Positions 53,632 to 63,542 of a stretch of DNA of 64,000 nt are shown here, one piece after another. The stretch lies in assembly GCA_963790205.1 (NCBI GenBank), contig CAWBNQ010000003.1, forward strand, positions 1 through 64,000, given 5' to 3'. The number at the start of each line of letters is the position of its first letter. Position 1 is the stretch's first letter. The translations under genes and the position numbers were made by a program. The notes below the pieces were generated by a model. It saw only the letters and a program-made list of their open reading frames with translations. It was not told the DNA's origin and did not search any database. Source of the DNA: Nitrospirota bacterium (GTDB lineage Bacteria; Nitrospirota; UBA9217).

Positions 53632-54657
53632 ATGAACTTTGCGATGATCGAGGGCCATGAGCGGCCCATCACCATACTTAAGCGGGCACTGGCGAACAAC
53701 ACCCTTGCCCATGCCTACTTGTTTTCGGGCGAAGCGGGCATCGGCAAGAAAATGACGGCGTTCGCGCTTGCCGCCGCGGTGAATTGCATGAACAGCGGAC
53801 CCGAGGGCGGGTGCGGTGCGTGCCCGTCGTGCCACAGGGTCGCCGCGCTTACCCATCCCGATGTCCATGTTGTGATGCCGGAGAGTGAGGACGCGCGGCT
53901 TCTCTCGACGTGGACCAGTAAAGAGGCCGCCAAGGCCAGCGATGAAATCAAGATCGATCAGATCAGGCAGGCCCAGGACCGTATTTCGCTGAAACCCTTC
54001 GAGGGCCGCAAGAATATTCTGATCGTGGACGGCGCGGAGACGTTGAACGCCGCCGCACAGAATGCTTTTCTCAAGACCCTGGAAGAGCCGCCGGGAGATG
54101 CTCTTATCATCCTCGTTACTTCGATGTCCCAAAGCCTGTTGCCCACCATCCGTTCACGGTGTCAGGAGATCAGGTTCCAACCGCTGCCGCGCCGCACGCT
54201 TGCCCGGGCATTGGTGAAAAAACGCGGATTGCCGGAAGGAGACGCCTGGTTCCTGGCGGCACTCGCGCAGGGGAGCATGGGCCGCGCGCTCGGGATGGAC
54301 GTTGAACAGGAAAAGGCCGCGCGGGAGGAGCTCATGACGTTTTGGGACGGGTTGGGGCAGATGGGGCCCGGAGAGGTGCTTGCCCGGGCCGAGGCGCTCG
54401 GGAAAGACCGGGACCGTTTCGAAGGGCTGCTCGATATCGGAGTGGAAAGGCTCCGCGATGTACTGGTCTATCGCGCAACGAGCAACGAGGCGCTTCTCGT
54501 ATACGGGCACGGAATGGACCGGCAGTGGGGTGCGCAGGTCCCGCTCCAGCGGCTGCTCGCGGACATGGAACTGTTTATAACGAGCAGGGGCCTGCTCAAC
54601 CGCCGCGTGAGCGCTCAGCTGGTAGCGGAGAACCTGCTCTTGAAACTGGGAAGGTAA
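53632..54657 (+). CDS. holB: DNA polymerase III subunit delta'
   Basis: HAYLFSG..GIGK, CGACPSC, HPD, NAFLKTLEEP, PTIRSRC; follows tmk. Confidence 0.95.
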   Translation: MNFAMIEGHERPITILKRALANNTLAHAYLFSGEAGIGKKMTAFALAAAVNCMNSGPEGGCGACPSCHRVAALTHPDVHVVMPESEDARLLSTWTSKEAAKASDEIKIDQIRQAQDRISLKPFEGRKNILIVDGAETLNAAAQNAFLKTLEEPPGDALIILVTSMSQSLLPTIRSRCQEIRFQPLPRRTLARALVKKRGLPEGDAWFLAALAQGSMGRALGMDVEQEKAAREELMTFWDGLGQMGPGEVLARAEALGKDRDRFEGLLDIGVERLRDVLVYRATSNEALLVYGHGMDRQWGAQVPLQRLLADMELFITSRGLLNRRVSAQLVAENLLLKLGR

Positions 54658-54695
54658 ATTCATTGCGGATTTCACCCTGCACTCGCGCTGAGCAC

Positions 54696-54869
54696 AATAC
54701 TTAGACCCATTGTCGTACCCTCTCGCTGGGAATCGAGAGACGGGGATCAAGGGTAATACTTAGACCCGTTGTCATATCATCTCGCTGGGTAAGGCTTAGA
54801 CTCTTTGTAGTACCCTCGCACTGAGAAACATGCGAGGGGAATCAATGACCGCAGAGACGGGAATCAAGG
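54696..54869 (+). repeat. degenerate ~59-bp tandem repeat, locus 2
   Basis: aatacttagaccc(a/g)ttgtc.ta.c.tctcgctggg at 54696 and 54755; third degenerate unit from 54791. Confidence 0.8.
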
Positions 54870-54930
54870 ACCTCATAAACGCTGGGCACGGGCCGGGCGC
54901 AGGCGGAAGGCGGATTGCGGAATTAAAAAC

Positions 54931-56193
54931 ATGGAAGACAGAGAACAGAAGACCGATAATAATACGAAGAAATTAGCAGGCGTACGCTTTCGGGAAAACT
55001 GGAAGGTCTACGACTTTGACGCCGCCGGTATAGACGTTGTCGTGGGCGACCGGGTGATCGTCGATTCAGACCGGGGCCCCGGCTTCGCCCGTGTTGTACG
55101 GATCAGGAGGTCCCAGGCCCCGGCCGTCCTGGAAACGCACGTTGCCCCTGCCCCTGTTCCGGAAATTCCGGATGGAGTGGAGATCGATATCGACGATGTG
55201 GGGAAACAACCGGCGCCCGATGTTTCTCCTGCCAAGACCCACGCACCGAAAGGCGGGCGCAAGATCCTGCGTAAAGCCACGGACGACGATATTGCCAGGG
55301 AAGAAAAGAACCGGGAGCGCGAGGCAGAGGCGTTCAAAGCCGCCCAGGACATGATCACGGAGCGGGAACTGCCGATGAAGTTGATCCGCGTGGAGTACTC
55401 GTTCGACGCCTCGCGGGCGACTTTCTTTTTCTTTTCCGAGACCAGGATCGACTTCCGCGAGTTGGTGAAAGATCTTGCCTACAAGCTTAAGAGCCGCATC
55501 GAGATGCGTCAGGTCGGCGTGCGGGACGTGGCGCGCATGATCGGAGGCTTCGGACCCTGCGGCAGGGAACTTTGCTGCTCGTCGTTTTTAAAGAATTTTG
55601 AGCCTGTCTCGATCCGCATGGCGAAGAAACAGGACATGGTGCTCAACCCGGCGAAAATTTCGGGCGTCTGCGGCAGGCTGCTGTGCTGTCTCTCGTACGA
55701 ATACGGGATGTACGATGAGATCAAGAAGGACCTTGCGGGTATGCGCGAGGCCGTGGTCCAGGAAAAGAGGGACGAAGAGGAGCGCCGGATCGCCGAGGAG
55801 CGGAAAGAGGAGGAGCGAAGGCTCGCCGAGGAAAAGAGGCGCCAGGATGAGCGCCGTCCGCAGCAGGACCAGCGACGGGACCGGCAGAGAGAAGGGCACA
55901 AGGGCGGCGGCAGGCCCGAGACGAAAAGGGACCAGCAGCAGGAAAAGAGGGCGCAGCCGCAGAAAATCGAACAGCCACGGGAGCGGCAGCAACAGCAGAA
56001 ACAGGAAAGGCAACAGCCGACGGACCAGAAAGTCCAGCAAGTTCAGCAGGCCCAGCAGCAGAAGGCACAGCCGCAACAGGAAGGGGAGAAGTCCGGCAAG
56101 AAGAAAAAACGCAGGTTCTGGCGCCGGAAAAAGAAGGGGCAGCAGGGAGAGAACAAACCCCAGGGGCCGGCAGGTCCTCAGAATCAGGGATAG
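54931..56193 (+). CDS. ricT: PSP1-domain protein RicT/YaaT with Q/R/E/K-rich tail
   Basis: RIDFRELVKDLA, RIEMRQVG.RD, GPCGRELCC, KISGVCGRLLCCL.YE. Confidence 0.92.
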   Translation: MEDREQKTDNNTKKLAGVRFRENWKVYDFDAAGIDVVVGDRVIVDSDRGPGFARVVRIRRSQAPAVLETHVAPAPVPEIPDGVEIDIDDVGKQPAPDVSPAKTHAPKGGRKILRKATDDDIAREEKNREREAEAFKAAQDMITERELPMKLIRVEYSFDASRATFFFFSETRIDFRELVKDLAYKLKSRIEMRQVGVRDVARMIGGFGPCGRELCCSSFLKNFEPVSIRMAKKQDMVLNPAKISGVCGRLLCCLSYEYGMYDEIKKDLAGMREAVVQEKRDEEERRIAEERKEEERRLAEEKRRQDERRPQQDQRRDRQREGHKGGGRPETKRDQQQEKRAQPQKIEQPRERQQQQKQERQQPTDQKVQQVQQAQQQKAQPQQEGEKSGKKKKRRFWRRKKKGQQGENKPQGPAGPQNQG

Positions 56194-56328
56194 CCGGACA
56201 AATTTCAAGCACCAAATCACAAAGCACAAACAATATGGAATTCCGAACGTTCAAGAGCCAAACGACTTGGTTTTTGGCATTTGGAATTTATTTGAGATTT
56301 GGGATTTTCATTTTAGGATTTTATGATT

Positions 56329-58290
56329 ATGTCGAAAAAGTTTTACATCACGACGCCCATCTACTACGTGAACGACGTGCCGCACATCGGGCACGCGTAC
56401 ACGACCATCGCCGCGGACACGCTCTCGCGCTACCACCGCCTGCGGGGCGACGCGGTGTTCTTTCTTACGGGCACCGACGAGCACGGCCAGAAGGTCGAAA
56501 AGGCCGCGCAGGAGCGGGGGCTCACGCCGAAGGCGCATGCCGACATGATGGTCCAGAACTTCCAGCAGCTCTGGAAAAAGCTCGAGATCTCCAACGACGC
56601 TTTTATCCGCACGACGGACCGGGAACATGTCGCCGTGGTGCAGGAATTGCTTCAGAAGCTCTACGACAAGGGCGAGATCGAGCGCCGGACCTACGAGGGC
56701 TGGTACTGCACGCCCGACGAGCGGTTCTGGACCGAGAAGGAGATCGTCGAAGGCAAGTGCCCTGACTGCGGCAGGCCCGTCGAACGCATCTCGGAAGACA
56801 ATTACTTTTTCCTGATGAGCAAGTATCAGGACCGGCTCGTCAGGCATATCGAGGAGAACCCGGATTATATTCAGCCGGAGAGCAGGCGGAATGAAGTGCT
56901 TGGGTTTTTACGGACGCAGACCCTCGGTGACCTCTGCATCTCCCGTCCCAAGGCGCGGCTCTCGTGGGGCATCGAGCTGCCCTTTGACCGGGAGTTCGTG
57001 ACCTACGTCTGGTTCGACGCGCTCGTGAATTATTTCTCGGCCACGCGCTATCTGAGCCCTTCCGTCGATGGATCAGCCGACCCCGCTGTTCGTGAAAAAT
57101 TCTGGTGGCCCGCGGAGCATCACCTCGTGGGCAAGGACATCCTTACTACGCACAGCGTCTACTGGTCCACGATGCTCATGGCTTTGGGACTTAAGCTTCC
57201 CAAAAATATTTTCGCCCACGGCTGGTGGACGCAGGACGGGAAGAAGATGTCCAAATCGATCGGGAACGTAATCGATCCGAACGCGGTGGTGGACGCCTAC
57301 GGTGCGGACGCCTTCCGGTATTTCGTGCTGCGCGAAGTGCCCTTCGGCCTTGACGGGGACTTTTCGACGGAGACGTTCATCACGCGCTTTAACACGGAGC
57401 TTGCGAACGACCTTGGGAACCTGCTTTCACGCGTGCTTACCATGATGGCCAGGTATTTTGACGGAAAGATCCCCCCGCCGGGTACGGAGCAGCCCCTTGA
57501 CAGGGGTTTGCGTGAAACCGCGAGCTTGTTGCCGGCCAGGGTCGATGAAGACCTTTCGGCGCTTGCGTTTGCCCGATATATCCAGGACGCGTGGACGCTT
57601 GTGACGCGGGCCAACCGCTACGTGGAGGAAAATGCGCCCTGGACACTCGCGAAGAACAACACTATGGACCGGCTCGGCGCCGTGCTCTATAATCTTTCGG
57701 AATCGCTCAGACTGATAGCGCTGCACCTTTATCCGGTCATGCCGTCAACCGCTCAGAAGATATGGAACGCTATCGGCGTGGACAGGCAGATTGCCGCATG
57801 TCGCATGAACGAAGAAAAACAGTGGGGGAAACTGGCGGCAGGCATTGCTATTCAGCCCGGCGCGCAGCTTTTCCCGCGGATCGACTTAAAAAAGAACACG
57901 GAGAAGAAGATGGAAAAAACCGAAGAAATGCAAAAACCGGCGCCGAAGCCCGAAACTGCCGGGCCGGAGCTGATCGGCATTGAAGATTTCATGAAAGTCG
58001 ACCTGCGGGTGGGAAAGATCGTTGCTGCCGAGCGCGTCGAGAAGTCCGAAAAACTGGTGAAGCTGCAGGTGGACATCGGCCATGAGACGCGCCAGGTGGT
58101 GGCCGGCATCGGGAAAAGCTATACGCCCGAGGAACTGGTCAACAAGACGGTCGTGATCGTCGCGAACCTGAAACCGGCCAAGCTCATGGGCATCGAATCG
58201 CAGGGCATGCTCCTGGCCGCGAGCAGCGGAGACGCCCTCGCCGTGGTCACCTTCGACCGGGAGATGAAGCCGGGGGCGAAAGTAAAGTAG
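56329..58290 (+). CDS. metG: methionine--tRNA ligase with C-terminal tRNA-binding domain
   Basis: YITTPIYYVN..HIGH, KMSKS, C-terminal OB fold. Confidence 0.98.
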   Translation: MSKKFYITTPIYYVNDVPHIGHAYTTIAADTLSRYHRLRGDAVFFLTGTDEHGQKVEKAAQERGLTPKAHADMMVQNFQQLWKKLEISNDAFIRTTDREHVAVVQELLQKLYDKGEIERRTYEGWYCTPDERFWTEKEIVEGKCPDCGRPVERISEDNYFFLMSKYQDRLVRHIEENPDYIQPESRRNEVLGFLRTQTLGDLCISRPKARLSWGIELPFDREFVTYVWFDALVNYFSATRYLSPSVDGSADPAVREKFWWPAEHHLVGKDILTTHSVYWSTMLMALGLKLPKNIFAHGWWTQDGKKMSKSIGNVIDPNAVVDAYGADAFRYFVLREVPFGLDGDFSTETFITRFNTELANDLGNLLSRVLTMMARYFDGKIPPPGTEQPLDRGLRETASLLPARVDEDLSALAFARYIQDAWTLVTRANRYVEENAPWTLAKNNTMDRLGAVLYNLSESLRLIALHLYPVMPSTAQKIWNAIGVDRQIAACRMNEEKQWGKLAAGIAIQPGAQLFPRIDLKKNTEKKMEKTEEMQKPAPKPETAGPELIGIEDFMKVDLRVGKIVAAERVEKSEKLVKLQVDIGHETRQVVAGIGKSYTPEELVNKTVVIVANLKPAKLMGIESQGMLLAASSGDALAVVTFDREMKPGAKVK

Positions 58291-58492
58291 TGTCGCGCTC
58301 CGCGCTTTATTGCAGAATGCGGAGAGCGGAATTAAGAGAATCCAAAAATTAGATATTGCACTGTTGCCACGGATTTAAACGGATGTACGCGGATGAAGAT
58401 AAACCCGATCTCAAGATTTTTATCCGTGACTATCAGCGTCCCTCCGTGGCTTATATTTTTTGTTTGTTGAATTCAATAAGGCAGATTGAACC

Positions 58493-59863
58493 ATGCTGAT
58501 CGACACCCATGCGCACTTAGAGATGCGCGAGTTCAATGACGACCGCGAGGACGTGATCAAGCGCGCCCGCGAAGCGGGCGTCGAGTATATCATCACCATC
58601 GGAACGACCGTGGAATCGAGCCGCGACGCCGTGCTCCTCGCGGACAAGTACGATTTCATCTACGCCGCGATCGGCATCCATCCTCACGAGGTCAAGGACA
58701 TCCTCCATCCGGCCTACGACATCATCAGGCACTTCGCCCAGCACAAAAAGGTCGTGGCCTACGGCGAGATCGGGCTCGATTACCACTACGAGCACTCGCC
58801 CCGGTCCGACCAGAAGAGAAAATTCCGCGACATGCTGCGCGAGGCGCGCGAGCTCGATTTGCCGGTGATTATCCATGACCGCGATGCCCACGAGGATACG
58901 CTTCAGATCCTCTCCGAGGAATGGTCGCCGGACCTCGGCGGGGTCATGCACTGCTTCTCGGGAGACATCGAGATGGCGAAAAAATTGATCGAGATGGGGT
59001 TCTCCCTCTCCGTCGCCGGCCCGGTCACGTTCCCGAAGGCGGAGGCCCTGCGCGAGGTCGTGCGCCAGGTTCCGATCGAATACCTGCTGGTCGAGACGGA
59101 CGCCCCGTACCTGGCGCCCCAGCCCGTGCGCGGCAAGCGGAACGAGCCGGCCTACGTGCGCCATACGGCCGAGGCTGTCGCAAAGATCAAGGGACTTTCC
59201 TACGACGACGTGGCGCGGATCACGGGCTTCAACGCCATGCAGCTTTTCGGCATCGGCACGATGCCCGAACGCGGACAGATCGCCTATCCCATACGAAATT
59301 CGCTCTATCTCAATATCACGAACCGCTGCACCGCCGCCTGCACGTTTTGCGTGCGCTACCACACCGATTTCGTGAAGGGGCATAACCTCCGGCTCGGCGA
59401 AGAGCCCACTGCCGGGGAACTGATCGCGCAGATCGGCGATCCCGGAAGATATGCCGAGATCGTGTTCTGCGGCTACGGCGAGCCGCTCCTCAGGCTCGAT
59501 GTGGTCAAGACCGTGGCCGCGGAGGTGAAGCGTCGCGGCGGGAAGGTGCGCATCGACACGAACGGCCACGCAAACCTCATCCATAAGCGGAACGTGCTGC
59601 CGGAGCTTGCCGGTCTTGTGGATGCCGTGAGCGTAAGCCTGAATGCCCAGAACGCGGAACTCTACGAAAAGATCAGCCAGCCGAAATTCGGAATCGAAAC
59701 CTACGAGTCCATTAAGGAGTTCATCCGCGAGGCCAAAAAGTACATCCCCGATGTCACCGCTACGGTCGTGTCGCTCCCCGAGGTGGATGTCGACGCCTGC
59801 CGCAGGATCGCCGAGGAACTCGGCGCCAGGTTCCGTGTGCGCGAATATAACGTCGTAGGGTAA
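58493..59863 (+). CDS. tatD: TatD DNase fused to TatD-associated radical SAM domain
   Basis: IDTHAH, GEIGLDY, ETDAPY; then LYLNITNRCTAACTFC (CxxxCxxC), CGYGEP. Confidence 0.95.
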   Translation: MLIDTHAHLEMREFNDDREDVIKRAREAGVEYIITIGTTVESSRDAVLLADKYDFIYAAIGIHPHEVKDILHPAYDIIRHFAQHKKVVAYGEIGLDYHYEHSPRSDQKRKFRDMLREARELDLPVIIHDRDAHEDTLQILSEEWSPDLGGVMHCFSGDIEMAKKLIEMGFSLSVAGPVTFPKAEALREVVRQVPIEYLLVETDAPYLAPQPVRGKRNEPAYVRHTAEAVAKIKGLSYDDVARITGFNAMQLFGIGTMPERGQIAYPIRNSLYLNITNRCTAACTFCVRYHTDFVKGHNLRLGEEPTAGELIAQIGDPGRYAEIVFCGYGEPLLRLDVVKTVAAEVKRRGGKVRIDTNGHANLIHKRNVLPELAGLVDAVSVSLNAQNAELYEKISQPKFGIETYESIKEFIREAKKYIPDVTATVVSLPEVDVDACRRIAEELGARFRVREYNVVG

Positions 59864-60158
59864 CGAACACCCGGCAAAGACTGCTCTTACCTTTTTCAAA
59901 GCCTTCTCCTGGAATTCCCTTATCGTTAGCCATGCATGCCGAAGTCCACCCATACCCTTAAAATACCCTTCCAGGGCGATTTACTTTCACCATAAAACCC
60001 TGTACCGTAAACCTCACATATGCAGGAAGATTGCTGTTGAAGCTTGCCGTTATTGCATGGCCGGCTTGAGTGCTTGCGCCGGACTGCAGCGACCGTTTGC
60101 AGGAAAAGCGGAGGCCGGGGCTTCACCGGAACATAAGAACGCGGGGATAGATGAACTC

Positions 60159-60575
60159 ATGGGTTTGAGACAGGGAACGGAATGGATCCTTATGGTAGAG
60201 AGAGATATCTCGGTTAACGATCTTGCCCGGGACATGTTTCGCAGGTATGGATACAGCGTTCTGAGCGCCGGTGACGCAGGGGAAGCCGTGAGGCTCTATC
60301 GTCAACACGCCGAAAAAATAGCCGTTGTGATGATCGATGCGCTTTCGGACCGTGCCCGAAGCCGGGACCTCTTCACCATGATACGCAAGATCAATCCCGG
60401 CGCGCGCGTCATAGCTACCAGCGATGTTCCCCAGGACCCCAGCGACCACAACATGCTGCCGCACAGGGTTGACGGCCATCTCCGGAAACCCTATCGCATG
60501 ACCGACCTCCTGAACCTGGTGGGACGGCTGCTTGGCGGAGAAAGTCCTCCCGATGATGCAGCTTATCATTCATGA
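60159..60575 (+). CDS. stand-alone, partly degenerate receiver domain
   Basis: ILMVE.D, GYSVL.A, VMID, LRKPY; start uncertain. Confidence 0.7.
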   Translation: MGLRQGTEWILMVERDISVNDLARDMFRRYGYSVLSAGDAGEAVRLYRQHAEKIAVVMIDALSDRARSRDLFTMIRKINPGARVIATSDVPQDPSDHNMLPHRVDGHLRKPYRMTDLLNLVGRLLGGESPPDDAAYHS

Positions 60576-60601
60576 CTTGACGCCGATGGCGGCTATAAAC
60601 T

Positions 60602-60976
60602 ATGGCAAATAAAAAACTCATTTTAGTGGTCGATGACGACCCCGGGATCCAGGTCTTGACCAGGGACATCCTTGAGCTCTACGGGCATTCGGTCCTGACC
60701 GCCGCAAGCCGTGGCGACGCGCTCGCGCTTTGCGAGCATCGCGGGAAGGAAATCTCGGTCGTACTCCTCGACGTGGGGGAACCGGAAACCGCCGCTTTCG
60801 ACGTCTTTCAGCGGATACTGGAAGTCAACCCGGCTGCGAAAGTCATCATTACGAGCTCCGACAGTCACGACGGCGAGTCCCTCGGAATGTTCGGACGAGG
60901 TTCCGCGGGGTTCCTGAAAAAAAAGTACCGGATGATCGAGCTTCTCCGGATGGTCGAAGGAGTTCAAAAAATTTAG
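60602..60976 (+). CDS. stand-alone receiver domain
   Basis: ILVVDDD, VLLD, IITS, FLKK. Confidence 0.85.
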   Translation: MANKKLILVVDDDPGIQVLTRDILELYGHSVLTAASRGDALALCEHRGKEISVVLLDVGEPETAAFDVFQRILEVNPAAKVIITSSDSHDGESLGMFGRGSAGFLKKKYRMIELLRMVEGVQKI

Positions 60977-61164
60977 CAAGGTCGTCCGTGCGGCGATCAC
61001 GCGGCAAATACCTGCCTGAGATGTTGCCGCGAAAGCGGTACGCAGCGAAAAACATCCTCCCTTATCCCCCTCCGGTTTCCGCAGGGTTTTCTTACCCGAT
61101 CTCCTGTCTTTGATAACAGCGCGCAACGAAGGCTCAAAGCCCTGGACCCGGGGGCTTTAATTCA

Positions 61165-61193
61165 TTGACATCCCCTGTTGTTTCGGTTAATAT
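61165..61193 (+). promoter_or_regulatory. sigma70 promoter
   Basis: TTGACA-17bp-TAATAT. Confidence 0.65.
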
Positions 61194-61239
61194 TTACTCC
61201 TAAATTCCGTAAAAATTATCGCTCTTCGGAGGCTGTATT

Positions 61240-61857
61240 GTGGGGAAAGTAACGCGCGCTCTGATCAGTGTCTCGCACAAGGAAGGCATTCTCGATTTCG
61301 CCAAAGGGATCGCGGGTCTCGGCATTGAAATCCTCTCGACCGGCGGCACGGCCAAGCTTTTGCGCGACGGCGGCGTCAAGGTCAAAGATGTATCGGAATT
61401 CACGGGCTTTCCCGAGATGCTCGACGGCAGGGTCAAGACCCTTCACCCCAAGGTCCACGGCGGCCTCCTCGGCAGGCGGAACGACCCCGAGCACGTCAGG
61501 CAGATGAAGCAGTACGGTATCGAGCCCATCGATCTTGTCGTCGTGAACCTCTATCCCTTCGAGCAGACCGTTGCCAAACCGGGATGCACGCTCGAAGAAG
61601 CAATCGAGAACATCGACATCGGCGGCCCGACCATGCTGCGTTCGGCTGCGAAGAACTACACCGATGTGGCTGTGGTGGTTTCGCCCCATGATTACGGCCG
61701 CGTGCTTGAAGAGCTCAGGAAGACCGGCGAGGTGTCCGCCAGGACCCGCTTCGAGCTCTGCCGTACCGTTTTTCATCACACCGCGCGCTACGACAGCGCG
61801 ATCTCGGCCTGGCTCGACGGCCAGGCCCCGAAGGATCGCTCAACGGCCGAGAAGTGA
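61240..61857 (+). CDS. purH: IMP cyclohydrolase (PurH N-terminal MGS-like domain only)
   Basis: [36 protein letters not shown]; ends at 205 aa. Confidence 0.9.
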   Translation: MGKVTRALISVSHKEGILDFAKGIAGLGIEILSTGGTAKLLRDGGVKVKDVSEFTGFPEMLDGRVKTLHPKVHGGLLGRRNDPEHVRQMKQYGIEPIDLVVVNLYPFEQTVAKPGCTLEEAIENIDIGGPTMLRSAAKNYTDVAVVVSPHDYGRVLEELRKTGEVSARTRFELCRTVFHHTARYDSAISAWLDGQAPKDRSTAEK

Positions 61858-62062
61858 TCAAGGCGCCCGGCGAACACGGCCCGGCCGTGACCACGACCGG
61901 CGCCAGGCATTCAACAACGAAATGCAGGTCAATGCGTCCGGCACTTCAGGCGGGGAGAGGGCTCCTTCTCCTCCCCCCTCTGACCGCGCGTTTCCCCGCT
62001 CGTACACCGTGACGGCATGACCCGATCGGTTTCGCCGTGCGTCGGGACGGGACTGCAGGACA

Positions 62063-62638
62063 ATGACCATGAAAAGCGTACTTGTTGCAGCATCGGTCTT
62101 CCTCGCGCTCTTCACAGGATGCCGGGACTCCGATGGTAAAAAGCCGGTTGTCGTTCCCACCGCCGCCGCGCACGCGCCGAAGTCCGAAACCCTTACTCCT
62201 TATTACTACGGGTTGATCGAAGAGTACCGGACGATCCTGGCGGAAGATCCAAACAATCTTGCGGCAGTCATGGCCCTGGGCAATGCGTACTTCGACAGCG
62301 GCCAATGGCATGAAGCGGTCCGGCTGTACGAGCGGGCGCTCGCGCTAAACCCCCGGAGCGCGGACGTGCTCACGGACATGGGGACCGCTTACCGGAACAT
62401 GGGCAGGCCCGACCGTGCGCTTGTCGAGTACCGTCGCGCCCTTGCGCTCGATCCCGGGCACGTGGAGGCCCGCTACAACCTCGGGGTCGTCTATGCCTAT
62501 GATGTCAAGGACTATACGCGGGCCATCAACGTATGGGAGCAGCTCCTCCGGCTCGCGCCGAACCATCCCCGTGCCGACATGATACGGATGGCCATCGCCG
62601 CGCTCAAAAAGAAGGCGCGAAAGAAGGACGACCAATGA
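62063..62638 (+). CDS. TPR lipoprotein
   Basis: Lipobox FTGC; LGNAYFD, DMGTAY, YNLGVVY TPRs. Confidence 0.88.
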   Translation: MTMKSVLVAASVFLALFTGCRDSDGKKPVVVPTAAAHAPKSETLTPYYYGLIEEYRTILAEDPNNLAAVMALGNAYFDSGQWHEAVRLYERALALNPRSADVLTDMGTAYRNMGRPDRALVEYRRALALDPGHVEARYNLGVVYAYDVKDYTRAINVWEQLLRLAPNHPRADMIRMAIAALKKKARKKDDQ

Positions 62639-62895
62639 TTCGGAATCTCCTGGTTTTCATCGTCATCATCTTCGTTTATTATTCCCTCAAGACGGTGCTC
62701 CGCTCGGCGTTCAAGGCCTACCATGAGGAGCCCGACGCCCCGGCGCGGCTCAAAGGCGAGGAGATGGTGCTGGACCCGGAGTGCCGCACCTATGTGATCA
62801 AGGGCCGCGCCTTGACGCGGCGTATCCAGGGCAAGCTCCATTCTTTTTGCAGCGAGGCCTGCGCGCAGCGGTACGAAGAGAAGCATCGCGGCTGA
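62635..62895 (+). CDS. small membrane-anchored YHS/TRASH-like protein
   Basis: TM segment then DPECRTY...FCSEAC. Confidence 0.8.
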   Translation: MIRNLLVFIVIIFVYYSLKTVLRSAFKAYHEEPDAPARLKGEEMVLDPECRTYVIKGRALTRRIQGKLHSFCSEACAQRYEEKHRG

Positions 62896-62909
62896 CGCGG
62901 GTGCAGGTC

Positions 62910-63542
62910 ATGGAACGGATTGTCAAGAATATTTTCTTCTTCCTCAGGCTCATTATCTCGCTTTTGCTCTTGAGCTGCCTTTCTCCGGCGCCCGAGGCCC
63001 CGGGCGGCAAACCGTCCACCTTCGCCTCCCGGATCTCATCCCTCGCCGGCCCTCTCAGGCTCGTGATCTGGAAATCCCAGTATACCCTCACCCTCTATAA
63101 AGGAGACCGGCCTGTGAGGACCTATCACGCGGTGTTCGGCAAGGGGTTTCGCGACGGCGATAAGAGGATGACGGGGGACAAGCGGACGCCCGAAGGCGAG
63201 TTCTACATCTGCACCATGAACCACAGCAAACGTTTTTACAAGTTCATGGGGCTGAGTTACCCGGGTTTGAAACACGCTGAATACGGGCTTCAGTCCCGGA
63301 TGATCTCGCCCGGCGAGTACCTGATGATCAAAAAGGCGATCGAAGAACGGCAGCCGCCGCCGTGGGACACGCGGCTCGGCGGCGCGGTGGGGATCCACGG
63401 CCGGATGCCGGACAACGCCGGTGCGTCGCATTTCTCTTCCGTGATGAATTGGACCGACGGCTGCATCGCCCTCGATAATGCCGATGTCGACGAGATCTAC
63501 AGCGTCGTTTCTCTCGGTACGCCGGTGACGATCCTGCCATGA
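62910..63542 (+). CDS. L,D-transpeptidase (YkuD family)
   Basis: GDKRTPEG, LSYP, GIHG..WTDGCIAL. Confidence 0.92.
   Translation: MERIVKNIFFFLRLIISLLLLSCLSPAPEAPGGKPSTFASRISSLAGPLRLVIWKSQYTLTLYKGDRPVRTYHAVFGKGFRDGDKRMTGDKRTPEGEFYICTMNHSKRFYKFMGLSYPGLKHAEYGLQSRMISPGEYLMIKKAIEERQPPPWDTRLGGAVGIHGRMPDNAGASHFSSVMNWTDGCIALDNADVDEIYSVVSLGTPVTILP

Noticed and set aside
54696..54869. CRISPR array (also 30624-30750)
   Set aside because: Units are degenerate and abut without unique spacers; no cas genes in the window.
58493..59863. TatD-radical SAM fusion as a novelty
   Set aside because: A known association next to metG; listed as a feature only.
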